Shown here piece after piece: positions 39,221-53,322 of a stretch of DNA of 64,000 nt. This DNA is from Camelus dromedarius (taxonomy: Eukaryota): NCBI RefSeq assembly GCF_036321535.1, contig NC_087436.1, positions 45,820,001 through 45,884,000 of the forward strand, given 5' to 3'. Positions within the stretch are counted from its first letter, which is position 1; each line of letters opens with the position of its first letter. The notes beneath the pieces are model-generated. The model was not told the origin of the DNA. It made no database searches and worked only from the letters and a program-made list of their open reading frames with translations. The position numbers and the translations under genes were made by a program.

Positions 39221-39241
39221 GCCTTCTATATGCAGATCAAG
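39221..39241 (+). CDS. CFI: CFI 21-nt linker micro-exon (GLLYADQ; counterpart of human exon 7)
   Basis: TTTTGTTTTTTCAG|GCCTTCTATATGCAGATCAAG|GTAAAC. Phase 1-1. Confidence 0.85.
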
Positions 39242-42132
39242 GTAAACATTTTGTTAAGTTCTTGGGATATTGCAGAGTTGAAACAAAACACAGGTACTGC
39301 TGTCACCTTATAGTCTGAGGTAACTAATAACTGAGGATGATGTGGCCAGTTTTCACATTCATTTAGGCGCAGAGGCCTCTCTGCCTGGTGTGGTAAACTT
39401 TCATTCTCACTCTCGCAACCCACAGCCGGCTAACCAAAAAGCCACGAAAGGTACATTCCCTGCACCTCTGCCATACACCCTTCTCTCCCTTTACTTTGTC
39501 CTCAAAACCTAGGCGACTCCTGAAGAAACTGCCACCAGAGGAAAGATGACATCTTTTCATGATAGCTGCCTTCTTATTTACTTTTGTAAGCCAAATGTCC
39601 CCAAACCTTCCAGCTCTTTGGGGTCATCCTTTTCTTCGTTATTCATATAAAATGACCACCAGAAGTTCATGGTCTCCCTCAGGATGTCTTAGGATTCTGA
39701 GGGAGATTTTTATATGTTCAAGCTCACCCACGTTCCAAGTGGCTAATTTCAACTGTATCTTTGTATTCCTGCCCTTCATTTTGCCTTCCGAGGCTGCTGG
39801 GGATTTTTGTTTCTTTGTTTTCTCTTGTTTGTTTCCTCTTCTTTATTCCTTTTCCCCTTCCCTCCCTTTTGCCCTTACTTCCTTCCTAGCTTGGGACATC
39901 AGGTGCAAAGAGTTGAGGTAATGATATGCCTGATTATCTCTGGTCCAGGCAAGGGCCCTCTCTTGCTTTATTCATGTTCCTTTAGCCCTATACCTTACTC
40001 CCATTTCCCACAGGCAACCATTTTAATGTGAGTTGATGTGTATGTCTTTTTGTTTCTATGCATTCTTATTCAGTGTGTATTGTCTTGTGAGAGTACACTT
40101 TTAATTCACTTAGTATTGTATTGGAGATCTTATATTTCCTTTTGATCTTTTAAAAAAGCATTATGTTTTGAAGATCTGCCCATGTTGCTCTGTGTCCATC
40201 TAATCTGCTGCTTCTCACTGCAGCATAATAAAACACACTGTGGTGTTCATCTTTCACAGTTTACTCTCTACCTTCTCAGTAATGGACCCTCACCCCACAG
40301 TCACGCTGTAATGAATATCCTCTTCTTAAGGCTGTGTGGAAGGATTTCTTTGAGATATCCATCTGGGCAAGGAATTGTTGGGTCTTGGGGTGTGCATCTC
40401 CTTAATTTGACAAGCTAGTGCCTGTCTGTCCTTCTGCTGAGCTGTACCATCCTCACCTCCACCAACACTACCTGAGGGCTCTCCTCAATCCTACCAACAT
40501 TTAGTACTCGCCAGCCTTCTAATTTTGCTAGTCTCTTACTTTCAAGTGATATGGTACTGTTTATTTATTTGAATTGTTGGTATAAACAGTGATTTTGAAT
40601 TTCTCTTCATATGCATACTAGCTTTCTTAGTTTCCTCTTCCTTTCCTTTCTTCTGTTTTTTGCCAGTTCACAGCTTTTGCCTCATTTCATATGGAGGCTG
40701 CAGTCTTCTTGATGCATTCTAGATATCAATCCATTTTCAGTTTTAAACATACAAATACCTTCTTCCATTCTGTCACCCATCTATTAACTTTAGCCATAGT
40801 GAGCTTTGTTGAATATAAATCTTTCATCTTTATTTAATCAAAGACATTGATTGTTTTTCTTATGGTCTGGGCTTTTGGAGCTTTGTGCTGCTCTTCTAAT
40901 AGTCGGTACCTCTCAGCTACACTGGACTTTCCCTGTCTTCCTTTGTTAATATGAAGTCTTCTCTTTGGTTCCTGTGGGTGCTTTTGTGAAAGCTCTGAGT
41001 AGAGCCTCTCTCCGCCCCAGAAAATAACCTAGACATGTGGCATAACAGACATATGTATGTCTCTCCCAAAAAGAACTTGGGAAATCGAGGGATAAGACAC
41101 AGGATTGCTGCAGCAAAGTAACATTGCCCCTCTGGGCTGTATGCTCCTCCAGACAGAAAAACATGTGGGAATTCACGTTTGGATCCCCAGGTCAAAGTAA
41201 TTATGATCCTGTCCGTGACTGAAATGTTCCAGGACAGCAGAGTGAAGATGGAATTGTCCCATATAAATTCAAACAGAAGTCTAAGGAAGAAAAGAAAAGG
41301 AACCTTTTTGTTTTTGTTTAACTTTTGACTTCTGCATCCCAAATGCCTAAAACTAACCTTGCCTAATACTGAAATCAATGAAATATCTTTGTTTGCATGA
41401 CCCCTGTTAAGAGGTGCCTTATTATGCACAAAATGAAAGGATTCTTTTCAATGTCAGCTCAGGACTCTTTTGGTCAGTGTCGATGACAGCTTCCAACCTT
41501 ATGTGAAGTTGTAAGTGCTTTTCTTCTCTGACCCGGGCGTTTTGCCTGCTCTAAATGCAGAAAGCTGCAGCACCATGAGTCTCACCATTCACTTCTACCA
41601 ACAGACACCTCTAGTTTGTGCCTGAAAAATTTCTCCCTAGTTCCTCTTGAGCCTTCATGGTTACCTAGCTATGGAAAAGAAATAAGATGATGTGCTTTGG
41701 GATTTTGTACTGACCTTTTTAGAGGTAGAGCAAGTTCTTTATTTATTTTTTTGTTTTAGTTTTTTTTTGTTTTTTTTAATCAAAACATAGTTGATTTATA
41801 ATACTGTGTTAGTTTCAGGTGTACAGCAAAGTGATTCAGTTATATATTATTTTCCATTATAGGTTTTTACAAGATATTGAATATTGTTCCCTATTATACA
41901 GTAAATCCTTGTTGTTTATCTATTTTATATATAGTAGTTTGTATCTGTTAATCCCAAACTCCTAATTTATCCCTCCCCTCCTTTCCTCTTTTGAAACCAT
42001 AAGTTTGTTTTCTATGTCTGTAGGTGGTAGGACAAGTTTTGAGACAGAAAATTATTATCAAAATTTAAATGATTTTAGTGATTTAATTTTTACTATAAAC
42101 ATAACTTTAAACGTTTGACTGTTTTTTCCTAG

Positions 42133-42168
42133 AAGAAACAGAAATTTTGACTGCTGATATGGATGCAG
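42133..42168 (+). CDS. CFI: CFI 36-nt exon (EETEILTADMDA)
   Basis: TTTTTTCCTAG|...GCAG|GTAAGT. Peptide matches recalled human exon 8. Confidence 0.95.
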
Positions 42169-44163
42169 GTAAGTTAACACTATTCTTTTTAACTGGTGCT
42201 TCACTGGTTAAATTTGCATTTTAATGTCATGTGCACATGTGTGAACATGTATGCATATGGGTGATATAATTGATTCAGGTAACAATTACCTTCCATATCA
42301 ATTTTTTTTCTCTTAAGTAAATTGTTATTTTTCTTGGCTTTCTTTTTTTTATTATTGAGTTATAGTCAGGTTACAATGTTGTGTCAATTTCTGGTGTACA
42401 GCACAATTTTTCAGTCATACATGAATGTACATGTATTCAACCTTCCATATTAATTTAAATTTTAAAAAATTTCTTCTTTCCTTACCACTTGTAAGAAAAA
42501 TAAACATGAATGCTTCTTGAGAACTGCTTTTAAAATGGGTTCATACATATGGCTAATTTTGAAATGAAAACAATACTCTAGTCCCACATATGGTTCTTCA
42601 ACTTGTTATGAACTTTGTCAGGTCGGTTTTGTCAAAAAACAATCAGATTTCACATGGGATCCAGGACATACGTTTTGAAATAGATACATATAATTGAATT
42701 AACCTGTTTTTTTTGCAACGTTTTAAACCATGATAACAGAAAGTCTCTGAAGACCTGTATCCAGGCCAGTTGGGTACTTACAGCCAAATTTAATTAAAGT
42801 ACCCTGTTCCTGGGTAGACAGGGATCAGTAAGAGCTTTGAGTCAGACTGGATTGTCTCAGTTGTTTGTTAGCAGTGTGACCTTAGGTGAGTAACAAGCTC
42901 AAATGCAAACTGGGAATGAAATATCTCCCTATTTTAGGGGGATTTAAAACTGAAATTCATGTAAGACTCCCTTCTAATTGTCAGGCCCCAAAATCAATCA
43001 ACGGTTTAAAAAAAAATCAGGCAATGAGTGAAAGATTTAGAGCTCAAAGTTACAGATATCAGTCAGAGGGATTTCCAACAAAGGCCTTTTATTTTCTATT
43101 CAAGGTAATATTGATTTTCAGATACTACCCAAGCTGGTTTCACAGTCCTCAGTAGATAAGGTCTCTCCTCTTTCAAAAGTCCAATCAGAAATTTAAAATT
43201 TATCATCACATTCTTCACCCAACCCAGTTCTTAGGATGGGTGGGACTCCCTCCAAAAAATATTCTATCAACATTTGTTCACAACATCTCTCCCTTGAGGA
43301 CCTACCTCCTTCTTATATGTTCATAGTAATTGAGAATGATATTATTTTTTTCTTTCTCATTTGAGGCTAAGAAGCAAGTTTGCAAAAATGTTCAAGCCAT
43401 GATAGAATAAGGAGAGCATCTTATATGTTTACTTTCTTCCTTTGTCATGAATTCTCGTGCAAATTCATGTCTTAAGTCTTGCTCTACCATGTTTCCCAGT
43501 GACAAATGTGCCACGCCTGAGGGCTCACAGAGGAAGGAGACATCATCACATGTCAAGTGGCTAAAAACACAGCCCCCCTCCCCGCTGACTGATCCTGGAT
43601 TGTCCAGGGGTTCATGGCACATCACCTCTCAGAGTTAATATGATCACTAAATGAGATAAACTATATACAAGGTACTTAGCCTGGAGCCTGACACATAGAG
43701 CTTACTCAGTAGTAACCTCATCAATGTTAATATTAACATTATTGAAAAGAGCCCCATATAAACAGCCTCTAGAAAGTAAAAGCCGTGAAAGTGAGAAGCT
43801 GGAGTTCTCCCTGTGACCACCATCCCGAGGTGTCACCCCCATCCTGAATTGTCACAGCAGCAATGCCTAAGCATGTGCATCTCTCACCTGCCAGAGGCTG
43901 GTACACATTTAACTCCCCAGGCAGCCTCTTTCTGCTGCTACTCCACCTTTAGGCAGAACTTCAGAGAATCAAGCCAATTTTCATATTAAGCCCGTGTTTT
44001 TGAACAAGGTGAATAGCACAGTTTAGCATCCAAAATAACTTACTAATGAATCTGGTCTGCTTCATACTAACTGTGACTTTACTGTTTTTGCAGCAGATAA
44101 TCAGGAAGTTTGCCCACTTATGGTTTCAAAATCATAACGATACAATCTCTTCCTTCCTTAAAG

Positions 44164-44267
44164 AAAGAAAATGGATAAAGTCACTTTTCCCTAAATTATC
44201 CTGTGGAGTTAAAAAGAACATGCCCATTCGAAGAAAACGAGTCATAGGAGGAAAGCCGGCAAAACTG
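44164..44267 (+). CDS. CFI: CFI exon 9 (heavy/light chain junction, RRKR at 44229-44240)
   Basis: [40 protein letters not shown]. 104 nt, phase 1-0. Confidence 0.96.
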
Positions 44268-44445
44268 GTAAACCTGCATGAGAAGTTACCATGTCACTTC
44301 CCAGGAGCAGCCCAAGTTTGAAAAGGGGGAGGGGATGGATATGTAATTATAAGAGACTGAGAGTCTTGAAATGGAAATATCTTTCAGCCACCTGTTTGTA
44401 TTGCTGTCTAGTAGGATGGCAGTGACCACATAAATGTCTTTTCAG

Positions 44446-44549
44446 GGGGAGTTCCCATGGCAGGTGGCAATTAAGGAAGGAAATAAAATCAACTGTGGAG
44501 GAATTTATATCGGTGGCTGTTGGATTCTGACTGCTGCACATTGTGTCAG
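44446..44549 (+). CDS. CFI: CFI exon 10 (serine protease domain, catalytic His)
   Basis: [49 protein letters not shown]. 104 nt, phase 0-2. Confidence 0.97.
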
Positions 44550-45149
44550 GTAAAAAACCTCTCCAGTAGGTTTGGGGTCCTAAAATGAAGAAATTGGGTA
44601 ATAGAGGTTGTGGCAGGTGATAAATGAAAATGTATATAGCCATTGACAAGTCCCACTCTATTATCTGCTTAATACTCTCTGATATTCATGATCGGGATCC
44701 CAGAGGCCAGTTCCCCAGAACCCAGTGGGTTCCAGCTGGCAAGGACAGATCAAGCCTGTAGGTGCCAAGTTATTTCACTTGGCTCGTTTGCATGGCGCAA
44801 GATCAGCTGGGAGGACACAGTTTAGGAATCTGGCCTCAGTTCTGACCTTTAGAATGAACAGAATATCATTTATTGAGCACCTCTTACAGACCAGATACTA
44901 TGCCTAGCACATTCATATATGTTATTTTATTTTAATATTCTCAACAGTACTAAAAGGTAAATATTATTTCTCTCATTTACTTAATAAGCAGACTGAGACT
45001 GGAGGTTACATGACTTGGCTAAAGCTACCCTACCAGTCAGTATCAGAGCTGGAGTAAAATCAAGTTCAACATACTTGACAGTAACTTAGATGAAGGCCTG
45101 CTTGGAAAATCTGCAGGGGGCCCAAAATTGAGAGGGATAGGAAATCTGT

Positions 45150-46520
45150 TGAATGACACCCATAAAGATTCTCATAGATTGGAGCAATGCACCAAATTTC
45201 ATCTCTTCCTTCTGAATGACCCTATTCTCTTGGCTGCTGTGAGACAACATTTTCTTGGTTTGCTACCTACCTCTCTGACCATGCCTCCTCATCTTTCTTT
45301 GCAGTTTCCTCCTCCTGTGACTGAGCACTGATGCTCAGGTGAAATCCTGGAGTTCCTCAGTGTGTATCCTGGCTTCCTCTTCTCTTCTTACTTCTTCTCT
45401 CTAAAATTATCTGTACTTTAAAACAGCGCTGTATGCTGACACAATGGTATCTCCAGCCTAGACCTCTTCTCCAATCACTGATCCTATAGTCAGCTGACTA
45501 TCAGCACCTCTTGGCTCTATCAGAAGTACATCAAATTCAAAACATCTAAGATGGAGCTCATGATACGTCCTTTCTCCTCAAATATGGTCCTGACCCAGTG
45601 TTCATTTTCTTAGCAAATGACCAATGCTGTTCATCTAGTTTCACAAGGTAGAAATCTAAAAATCACTGCATTTATTCCATCAGTCTTACCACAGCCCAGC
45701 CAGGATATCACCAACTCCAGATGGCATTTTTAATTTCTAATTATTTAATTCTCAAAGCTTCTTTCCATCCCCACTGTTATCCTGCTTTCACCTCTCTTCT
45801 GGATTTCACTAACACCCACCACCCCCTGGTTGGCTCTCCAATGTTCACTCTGCCCAGCCCTGCCCCCACCTCTCCATTGCCTACTGTGCAGTGAGAGTAG
45901 TAGTTCTAGAGCTGGTTTTGACCACTTACCACTTAAAATTCAATGGCTTTGCATTCCTCTTGGGATAAAAAAAAAAAAAAAAAAAAACTCAACAGAATGT
46001 TTAACACGGCTCATCTGGCCCCAAGTGATCTACTTACCTTTGCCAATCTCATCTTGCCTCACAGCGTCACCTCTTGCTCCCTGCTCCATCTGTTCTGGGC
46101 TTCTTTCAGCCGCTCAAGTGTACCTTGTTCCCTGCTGCAAAGAGACCTTCATGTATGGTTTCCCATCCCTGAAATCACCTTTCCTACCATGTTTCCCTAG
46201 TTAGTGCTACTCTTGATTCAGATCTCAGCTCAACCTTCACTTCCTCAGAGAACCTTCCCTGATTCCCTGAAGTCAAAGCCTTCCTGATAAATTCTCAGAA
46301 GCCCATGTGCTATGAGCTCCTCTCACTTTTCCCAGTAGAATACATATCTTCTTTGGTGGGATTATCCATTTAATGCTGCTTCTTTCTCTAGACCCTGTGC
46401 TCCACAAAGGCAGGAACTCTTTCTGATCTTGTTCATTCCTGCATCCCAGTGGCTAGCCCAGTGCCTGATGTAACAGTGGGTGCGCACCAAATATCTATTG
46501 AGTAAATTGAATGGATAAGC
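45150..46520 (+). mobile_element. L2 fragment
   Basis: TATCTCCAGCCTAGACCTC...CAGATCTCAGCTCAA...CCCAGTGCCTGATGTAACAG...AAATTGAATGGAT. Confidence 0.8.
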
Positions 46521-47413
46521 AGACTTAACCTGTAAACAATATTCAGAGCCTCTGATCCTGAAAAACAACCCAAATTAATATGAAGCACAGCATTCTTGGA
46601 ATACTAAGTATAAATAAAAGCATCCTGAACGCCCCATTAGCTCCTAGGACATCGCTGCTTAACTGTAAGGTGATTCCCTGAGAAAATGGTGGTAGATGCT
46701 CGATTTGCCGGAAACCACAAGGTGAAAATTGGTATGAAAATGGAGTGAGGCATGAGGACAGACAATATTTAGCTCATTCACCATTTCCACCAAGTTTTCA
46801 AGCGGCTACTGTGTTCCAGATCCACTACTAGGCACAGGCATCTACCCATAGATGAATAAGACCCTCTCTTTGACTTCAAGTAGCACAAACAGGAGGAAAA
46901 GCTTGTGTGCAAATAAACACAATGCAAAGTTAAGATGAAGTCAGTCTTAAAGGTCAAGATGATGATTGCTGTGGTCTTCGCCCTGGGAACCTCTGGGGTT
47001 AGTAGTGTAATGAGAGTCTGTGCTCTGCCCTCCCAGTTCCTCAAGCACATTTCTGGCTTGATGCCATCTGGTCTCTGCTTGAGCACCTTCAGTGCCATTG
47101 CTGTCACTCAGAGGCAGCCAACTCATTCTACTTCTGGCATCTCGGGTTGTTAGTGACATCTTTCTGTCCCTGACATTGAGCAATTAGATGAACTATTCCT
47201 CTCTTCATTTACCTATTGACTTTCTTTAATTCTGCCCTAAGAAGATTTAGTTGCACTGCATCATGACAGCAAGGATGAAAAAAAATTTTTAAAAACCTGG
47301 GAAAATAAAAAAGCTCCTTAAAAAGGAAAGTTATAAAGCTGAAGCATCAAAAGTCCAATTTTTAGTTTTTTTTTTTTCCCAGTGTATTTATTTCCTTTTT
47401 CCTTCTGTTACAG

Positions 47414-47691
47414 AGCCAGCAAAACTCATCATTACCAAATATGGGCATCATTTACAGACTGGTTAAAGCCCAACTCTGAGATAACCGTTCAGTCGGTAAA
47501 TGAAGTTATTATCCATGAGAAGTACAATGGGAGCACTTACCAAAATGACATAGCTTTGATTGAAATGAAAAAACACCCGAGCCGAAAAGAATGTATGCTG
47601 TTTAATTCAGTCCCTGCCTGTGTCCCCTGGTCTCCATATCTATTTCAGCCTAACGATAAATGCATCATTTCCGGCTGGGGTCGAGAGAGAG
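47414..47691 (+). CDS. CFI: CFI exon 11 (serine protease domain, catalytic Asp)
   Basis: [18 protein letters not shown]...[12 protein letters not shown]...[17 protein letters not shown]. 278 nt, phase 2-1. Confidence 0.97.
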
Positions 47692-47819
47692 GTATATGTT
47701 TTATAACTTGTTAATCAGAATTCAGAGGTTGAAAAGGAATGGGACTAGAAATGCATTGGAGCTAATTTCTGAGTGCTCAGAGATAAACATGGTGTCAAAT
47801 CCAGGAAAGTGAGTGTCAG

Positions 47820-48000
47820 CCAGGGCTGGCTTCATGGGCTTAGGACCTGAGTAGGTGTCCAGCACCCCAGCTCTGGGCACCATAGGGCCTTGTTTACTGC
47901 TCTGCTGTCACTATCATTAACTTTTTAATCATTTTTTCAAGGGCCCAATCTCACATTTTCAATTTTCCCTGGGTTCTGCCAATTATGTAATAGATCCTGA
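47820..48000. mobile_element. MER91-like hAT MITE
   Basis: CAGGGCTGGCTTCATGGGC ... CAATTATGTAATAGATCCTG with degenerate terminal inverted repeats. Confidence 0.55.
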
Positions 48001-49585
48001 TGCAGAGTCTCAAAGGATACCTGTACTCTGTGCTACTAAAACATACATTGAGGGTTAGCCATTCATCAAGAAAAAAGTAGAGTGACAGGGGGACATCCAG
48101 CATGGACTTTTTGGGTTCACTAGAAAGGTACTGATGGAGGATTAAAAAGGTTTTCAAAGGGATAGTCCTAGTATAGGCTGAGTCACCGATCCTACAACCC
48201 TGCTGCTCTCTCCTCTCTGCTCCCTGTTCTCCATTTTTACACCCCCACATCCCACAAAGAGAAAGGGAACATAAAGAATACATTCCTTGAGCTTCTAAGA
48301 AGACTGGAAGTGAACATTCATATGAGCAAGAGATGTAGACACTTAAGGACGACTTACTTAAAAGATCTCCTAAATTAGAGATAGATTAGAATTAAATTAG
48401 CCAGTGCTTTTTCCTTCATCTTGAAGAGTTAGCCTAGAAATTTAGCTTCCTTTTGATCTCAAACTCTCTGTATAAATAACTTGAACTTATAAACTCCTAT
48501 TCCAAAACATTCTTTATAAATTCCATATTGAAAAGTATAAAATATGCATATAAATTAACTTGCATTTGTGGTATGTTTGAATACTCAAGACTTACGAAAT
48601 ACTGAATTGTATTAGTAATTAATTCATCCAGAAAGTATTATGTCCTTATATTTGTTCTGTTTTTAAAAAACTTTCATATGCACATTAACATGTAAACACA
48701 AAAGCAGAGATAAAGTATGACAAGCCTACTTTTCATCATGCAGTTTTCACAGTTATCAACATTCTACTATTCTTGTTTTATCTCCCTGAATTGATCACAA
48801 TCACAGTAGGATAATTAGGAAAGTTTACCTATAAAGGGGTTAGTAACAAAGTTGTGGGTGGCAGGTTAGGGAACCACAAGGGCTATGCATGGACCCAGGA
48901 CTAACAGGACCAGAGCTGAGTCCTTTCCGAGATCTGAAGGCATAAGGCAAAGGAGAAGTTACCAGAAGGAGAAAGAGCCTCAGAGCAGGCTACCTTGAGA
49001 GAAGTAATGATCTTGGGTTGAAGGTTAGAGCCAGCCCCACTCCTGCTATCCTCACGCCTTCCCTCCTTCCCTTCTGCCAGAGTCCCCTGTTGGAAAGAAG
49101 TGAAGACATTCCTATTGAGGCAGTCCCTCCCACTCAGGCTCTCTGGGCAGCGGAGGGCACAGAAGGGTGGAGAATGGATCCAAAGGACAATCAGGAGCTT
49201 TTCAATATATTCCCCCCAACACTTATTTTTCCTGGAGCATATTAAATCAAATCCCAGATATCATGTAATTTCACCCATGAATACTCCACTATACATTTTT
49301 ACTAGGTAAGGACTTAATAAAACAAAAACAAAAACTCAATACCATTCAGACCCAACAAAATGAAAATGATTCCATTCATTTTCTAATTCATTTTCTGTTA
49401 TCATCTAATAACCATCTGTGTTTAATATTCGTCCATTATTTACAAAATATTTTTACAGCCAGATTATTTCCACTGGAATCCAAACAAAGTTCAAACATTG
49501 CATTTAGTGGTTGTTTTTCTTAAATCTCTTTAAATTTAGAACTGTTACCTCTTTCTTTTATTTAAAATGTATTTATTTTAAATGA

Positions 49586-49753
49586 GGGTGGCGGGATATA
49601 GCTCAGTGGTAAAGTGTGTGCTTAGCATGCACAAGGTCCTGGGTTCAATCCCCGGTACCTCCATTAAAAAATAATAATAATAACAAATAAATAAACCTAA
49701 TTACCTGCTCTCCCCCAAAAAACTGCTGTCAAAAAAAATGTTTTTAAATTAAG
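49586..49753 (+). mobile_element. tRNA-derived SINE (Vic-1-like)
   Basis: GGATATAGCTCAGTGG...GGGTTCAATCCCCGGTACCTCC. TSD TATTTTAAATGA at 49574-49585 and 49754-49765. Confidence 0.9.
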
Positions 49754-51426
49754 TATTTTAAATGAAACTAGGTCATTCTTATTTAGAATTTCCACGCCTT
49801 GAATTTGTCTGAGTGTATCCTTATGTGGCATTTAATATGTGCTTCTATTCTATGTATTTTCTGTAAACTAGTAGATATGTTCTTATGCATTGATTTGTTT
49901 ATTAATCAAATGTGGTTTTACACATTTGTTGAGCCCTTACTGTGAGTGCAAGATATTAATGCCAAAGTGTTAGTATTTCACTGATGAAAAATATGGACCC
50001 AGTCAACAAACTTAGGTGCTGAGGCTACAAAGTAGAATGACAAAAGCCAGCTCTCACGGGACTTACAGTTCAGAAGTGCCATCAGACATGAATGCCACTG
50101 TCAGCCAGCAGAATGTGACAGATGCCTCGAGAAATATACAAAACAAGAGTTCAGGGGAGGAAGTAATCTCCTGAGTCATTAAAAATTACTCACACTGTCC
50201 AAGAGCTAGTTTTTGAAGTCTTCTCCTGAGTTAGGGGAAATAATAAATTACTAATTTTTGGAACGCTCTTATCCTGAAGAAGGTAGTCATCTTAAGACTA
50301 ACTTGAAGTAGGACTTGAAAGAGAAAAAAGAAAACTCTTTCCTGATTTGCCATATATGTTGGTGGATTTATTTTTCTCCCTCTGCTTCCCAGAAGAGAAG
50401 AATTTTTGTCCTACAGTTAACAACTATGTGCTCACTACAGAGCTGGGGTCTGTGGGGGTGTCCTCTCAGGATAAGCCAGAGGTCTCTGTCCCCAGGTAGT
50501 TTACAGATTAATTAAGGAGGCAAGTCATTTGGCATAAAGTGTTTAGTGTATCATTGAATTACTGAGTTTATGCATTACTTAATTACATAACTATTTATTA
50601 AGCAAGTACTTTGTGCTAGCGTGAAACTGGTGCTGGTGCAGCAGTGAATGAATCAGGCTTCGCCCCTGCCCTCCTAGAGCAGGTAGAAATTGCTGCAAGC
50701 TGGGAGAAAGATGAGGGGAGATGGGACAAAGATTCATTCCCTAAACCTGAGACAACTCATGCTGTGTTCTTAGGTTTTTCCCTGCACTGTTAGTCAATAA
50801 CAGTACCTGGCCCTTCTCTTTCCTTGGACCAAAAATGTTCAAATCCCAAATCTGTAACTTAAGTGGAAAGGAAATCCTAAGTCCTCTTTCAATCACTTTC
50901 AAATCATTTAGGAGATGGAGTTCCTCACAGACACACAAAAACACATAGATACTGATAACTTCATATGTGTTTTCTTCATTTTAAATTCTTTTATTAAAAA
51001 GTTGTTTTCACTCTAACAAGCACTTTCAAGAAAATAAGAGGCTGTAAGAAGACAGGAGCTATTTATGTGAGAAGACCCTGATCCCAGATTTTGATAGATA
51101 TCCCCCCGAACTCAGTGGTCAGAGCAGAAGGAGTCTATCTCGTTCACCTCAGAGCACCCAGCTCGTTATTAAATGAGCATGACTTTGGGCCCTGGGTTCA
51201 ATAATGCCCCTTGACTATTTTTAGAAAGACAATTATACAAACTGGGGATATGAGCAGTGTGTGATTAAATACGTTAATGAATTATCCTCAAAGGTTTACA
51301 AATACATTAAAGAATATACATATTTTTTAATGGTCCTGATGGTCTACTAAATTATGAGAGTAAATATTTATTTCAATTTCTCATTTGTAACTTCTAAATG
51401 TCTGTTTGTTTTCTCACTTTGTTTAG

Positions 51427-51531
51427 ATGACAAAAAAGTCTATTCACTTAAGTGGGGTGAAGTTCATCTAATAGACAACTGCTCTAAGTTTTATTCAAAT
51501 CGCTACTTTGAAAAAGAAATGGTGTGTGCAG
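51427..51531 (+). CDS. CFI: CFI exon 12
   Basis: [48 protein letters not shown]. 105 nt, phase 1-1. Confidence 0.97.
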
Positions 51532-52927
51532 GTAAGTACTGAGGGGCTTCTCGGAGATGTCGCCATACCCACTACCAAACTCCTCTCCCTCCCCACCTTG
51601 TCACCCCCTGCTCAGGGCCTCAAACCCTTTCCTTTGGCCTTCTAGCTGTTGCATCATCAAACTCTTTCAGTCCCTTCCCCTCAGCTCAAGTTCCCACAAC
51701 TTACTACCCAGAGGAAGAATCTTCGTTAAGCTATTGCATAGCAGTATAGCCAGGTGACTAAGAGCACAGACTCTGGAACCAGACTGCCTGGGTTTATATT
51801 CTGGTTTTTACCGGTTGCAATTGGTGTGACTTTGAGCAAGTTTCCTCATCTGCAAAATTGGTGATCTTCACAGATGAGGAAAGTGACACACAGAGCAGCT
51901 ACATCAGCTGCCCACGCCTCACAGACAAGAAGTGGTATATCCAGGACCCAACCCAAACCTCTTGTAAATAAAAATCCAAATAACCTCATTTCAAATTCAT
52001 CCATTTGGAAGTAAATTCTCCCTCCTTGGAAATCCCATTGCACTTCTTACAATACCTGCCACTCTCTCCTTTAATATCATAGAGAAGCCACTGCCCCTGG
52101 CTAACACAACTACAGCAGTCGGTACTCCGGGTGCTGACTCAAAGGCAGGGTCCCCGCCAGCATAGAGCATTTCAGATGCTCTACTGAAACCACTTATACA
52201 TTGTGGATTACAGAACAAGGCAGAGTTACTGGCATCCTATAACTTCTTGGATACAGTGATTTAAAAATCTTAGGAAGTCATTAGAGTGAAAAGAAAGTTA
52301 GCAGACCATTCCCTGTGCCCCCACATCTTAAAACGGAGTTCAGGATTACAGAGGACAAAAAGGGAGAATAGCGCAAAATCTACCAGGGGGCAGAATCACA
52401 GTTAAGAGGACAAACTCTGAGGTCTGGCTGCCTGGGTTCAAGTCCAGGCTCTGCCACTTATTAGCTAGATGACCTTGGACAAGTTAGTTAACCCCTCTGT
52501 GCCTTATTTGTCTCATCTTAAAATAAGAGATGATAATGATACTTACCTCATAGGGTTGTGGTGAGGATTAAAACAATGAATACATATTAAGCACTAGGTA
52601 CTCCTATTATTTTCCCACCCAGTCTTTGATGCTACTTTCAGATTGCTAACTCATCATAGTAAATACTTCCACAAAGGAGAGAAAGCATAGAGAGCACTTG
52701 CTAAATTTGGATAATGAGTAGAACAGACAGTACTTCCCACCCGGCATCTCTACGGCTCTGTGGGCCCAGCCAGGGTCTGTGAGGGACAGCGCGTCTTACT
52801 TCTTGTCAGGAGAGGGTAAAAAAGTCGAAGTTGGTACAGACGTTGGTGGAAGAGGCAGGTAGTCAGCATGGCAGCCTTGACAAGTGGAAGTAAGTGTGTG
52901 ACTTTCTTTCTCCGTTGTCTTTCTCAG

Positions 52928-53145
52928 GTACAGATGACGGTTCCACTGATGCTTGTAAAGGGGACTCTGGAGGCCCCTTAGTCTGTCAGGATGCCAACAA
53001 TGTGTCTTATGTTTGGGGTGTTGTGAGTTGGGGTGAAAACTGTGGAAAATCAGAGTTCCCAGGCATTTACACCAAAGTGGCCAATTATTTTGACTGGATT
53101 AGCGTTCACGTAGGAAGATCTCTTGTTTCTCAGTACAATGTTTGA
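52928..53145 (+). CDS. CFI: CFI exon 13 (catalytic Ser, stop codon)
   Basis: [26 protein letters not shown]...[13 protein letters not shown]. Confidence 0.97.
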
Positions 53146-53316
53146 AGCTATGATCTCTCTCTTCTTTCTGCTCTTTTCCTCTCAAGAATTCCATTTTAAT
53201 TGAAATGATACTGCACAATTAGTACTTCGAGAAAAAAAAAAGACAATTTTATTGGATATTTTTTAAAAGTCTCTATGAAGTTTATGCTGTATTGGAATTT
53301 TGCTGTATAATTCTCA

Positions 53317-53322
53317 AATAAA
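53317..53322 (+). terminator. CFI polyadenylation signal
   Basis: AATAAA about 170 nt after the stop codon, followed by T-rich sequence. Confidence 0.8.

Noticed and set aside
40917..41429. 170-aa antisense ORF in a CFI intron
   Set aside because: Non-ATG start, no recognisable domain or coding bias.
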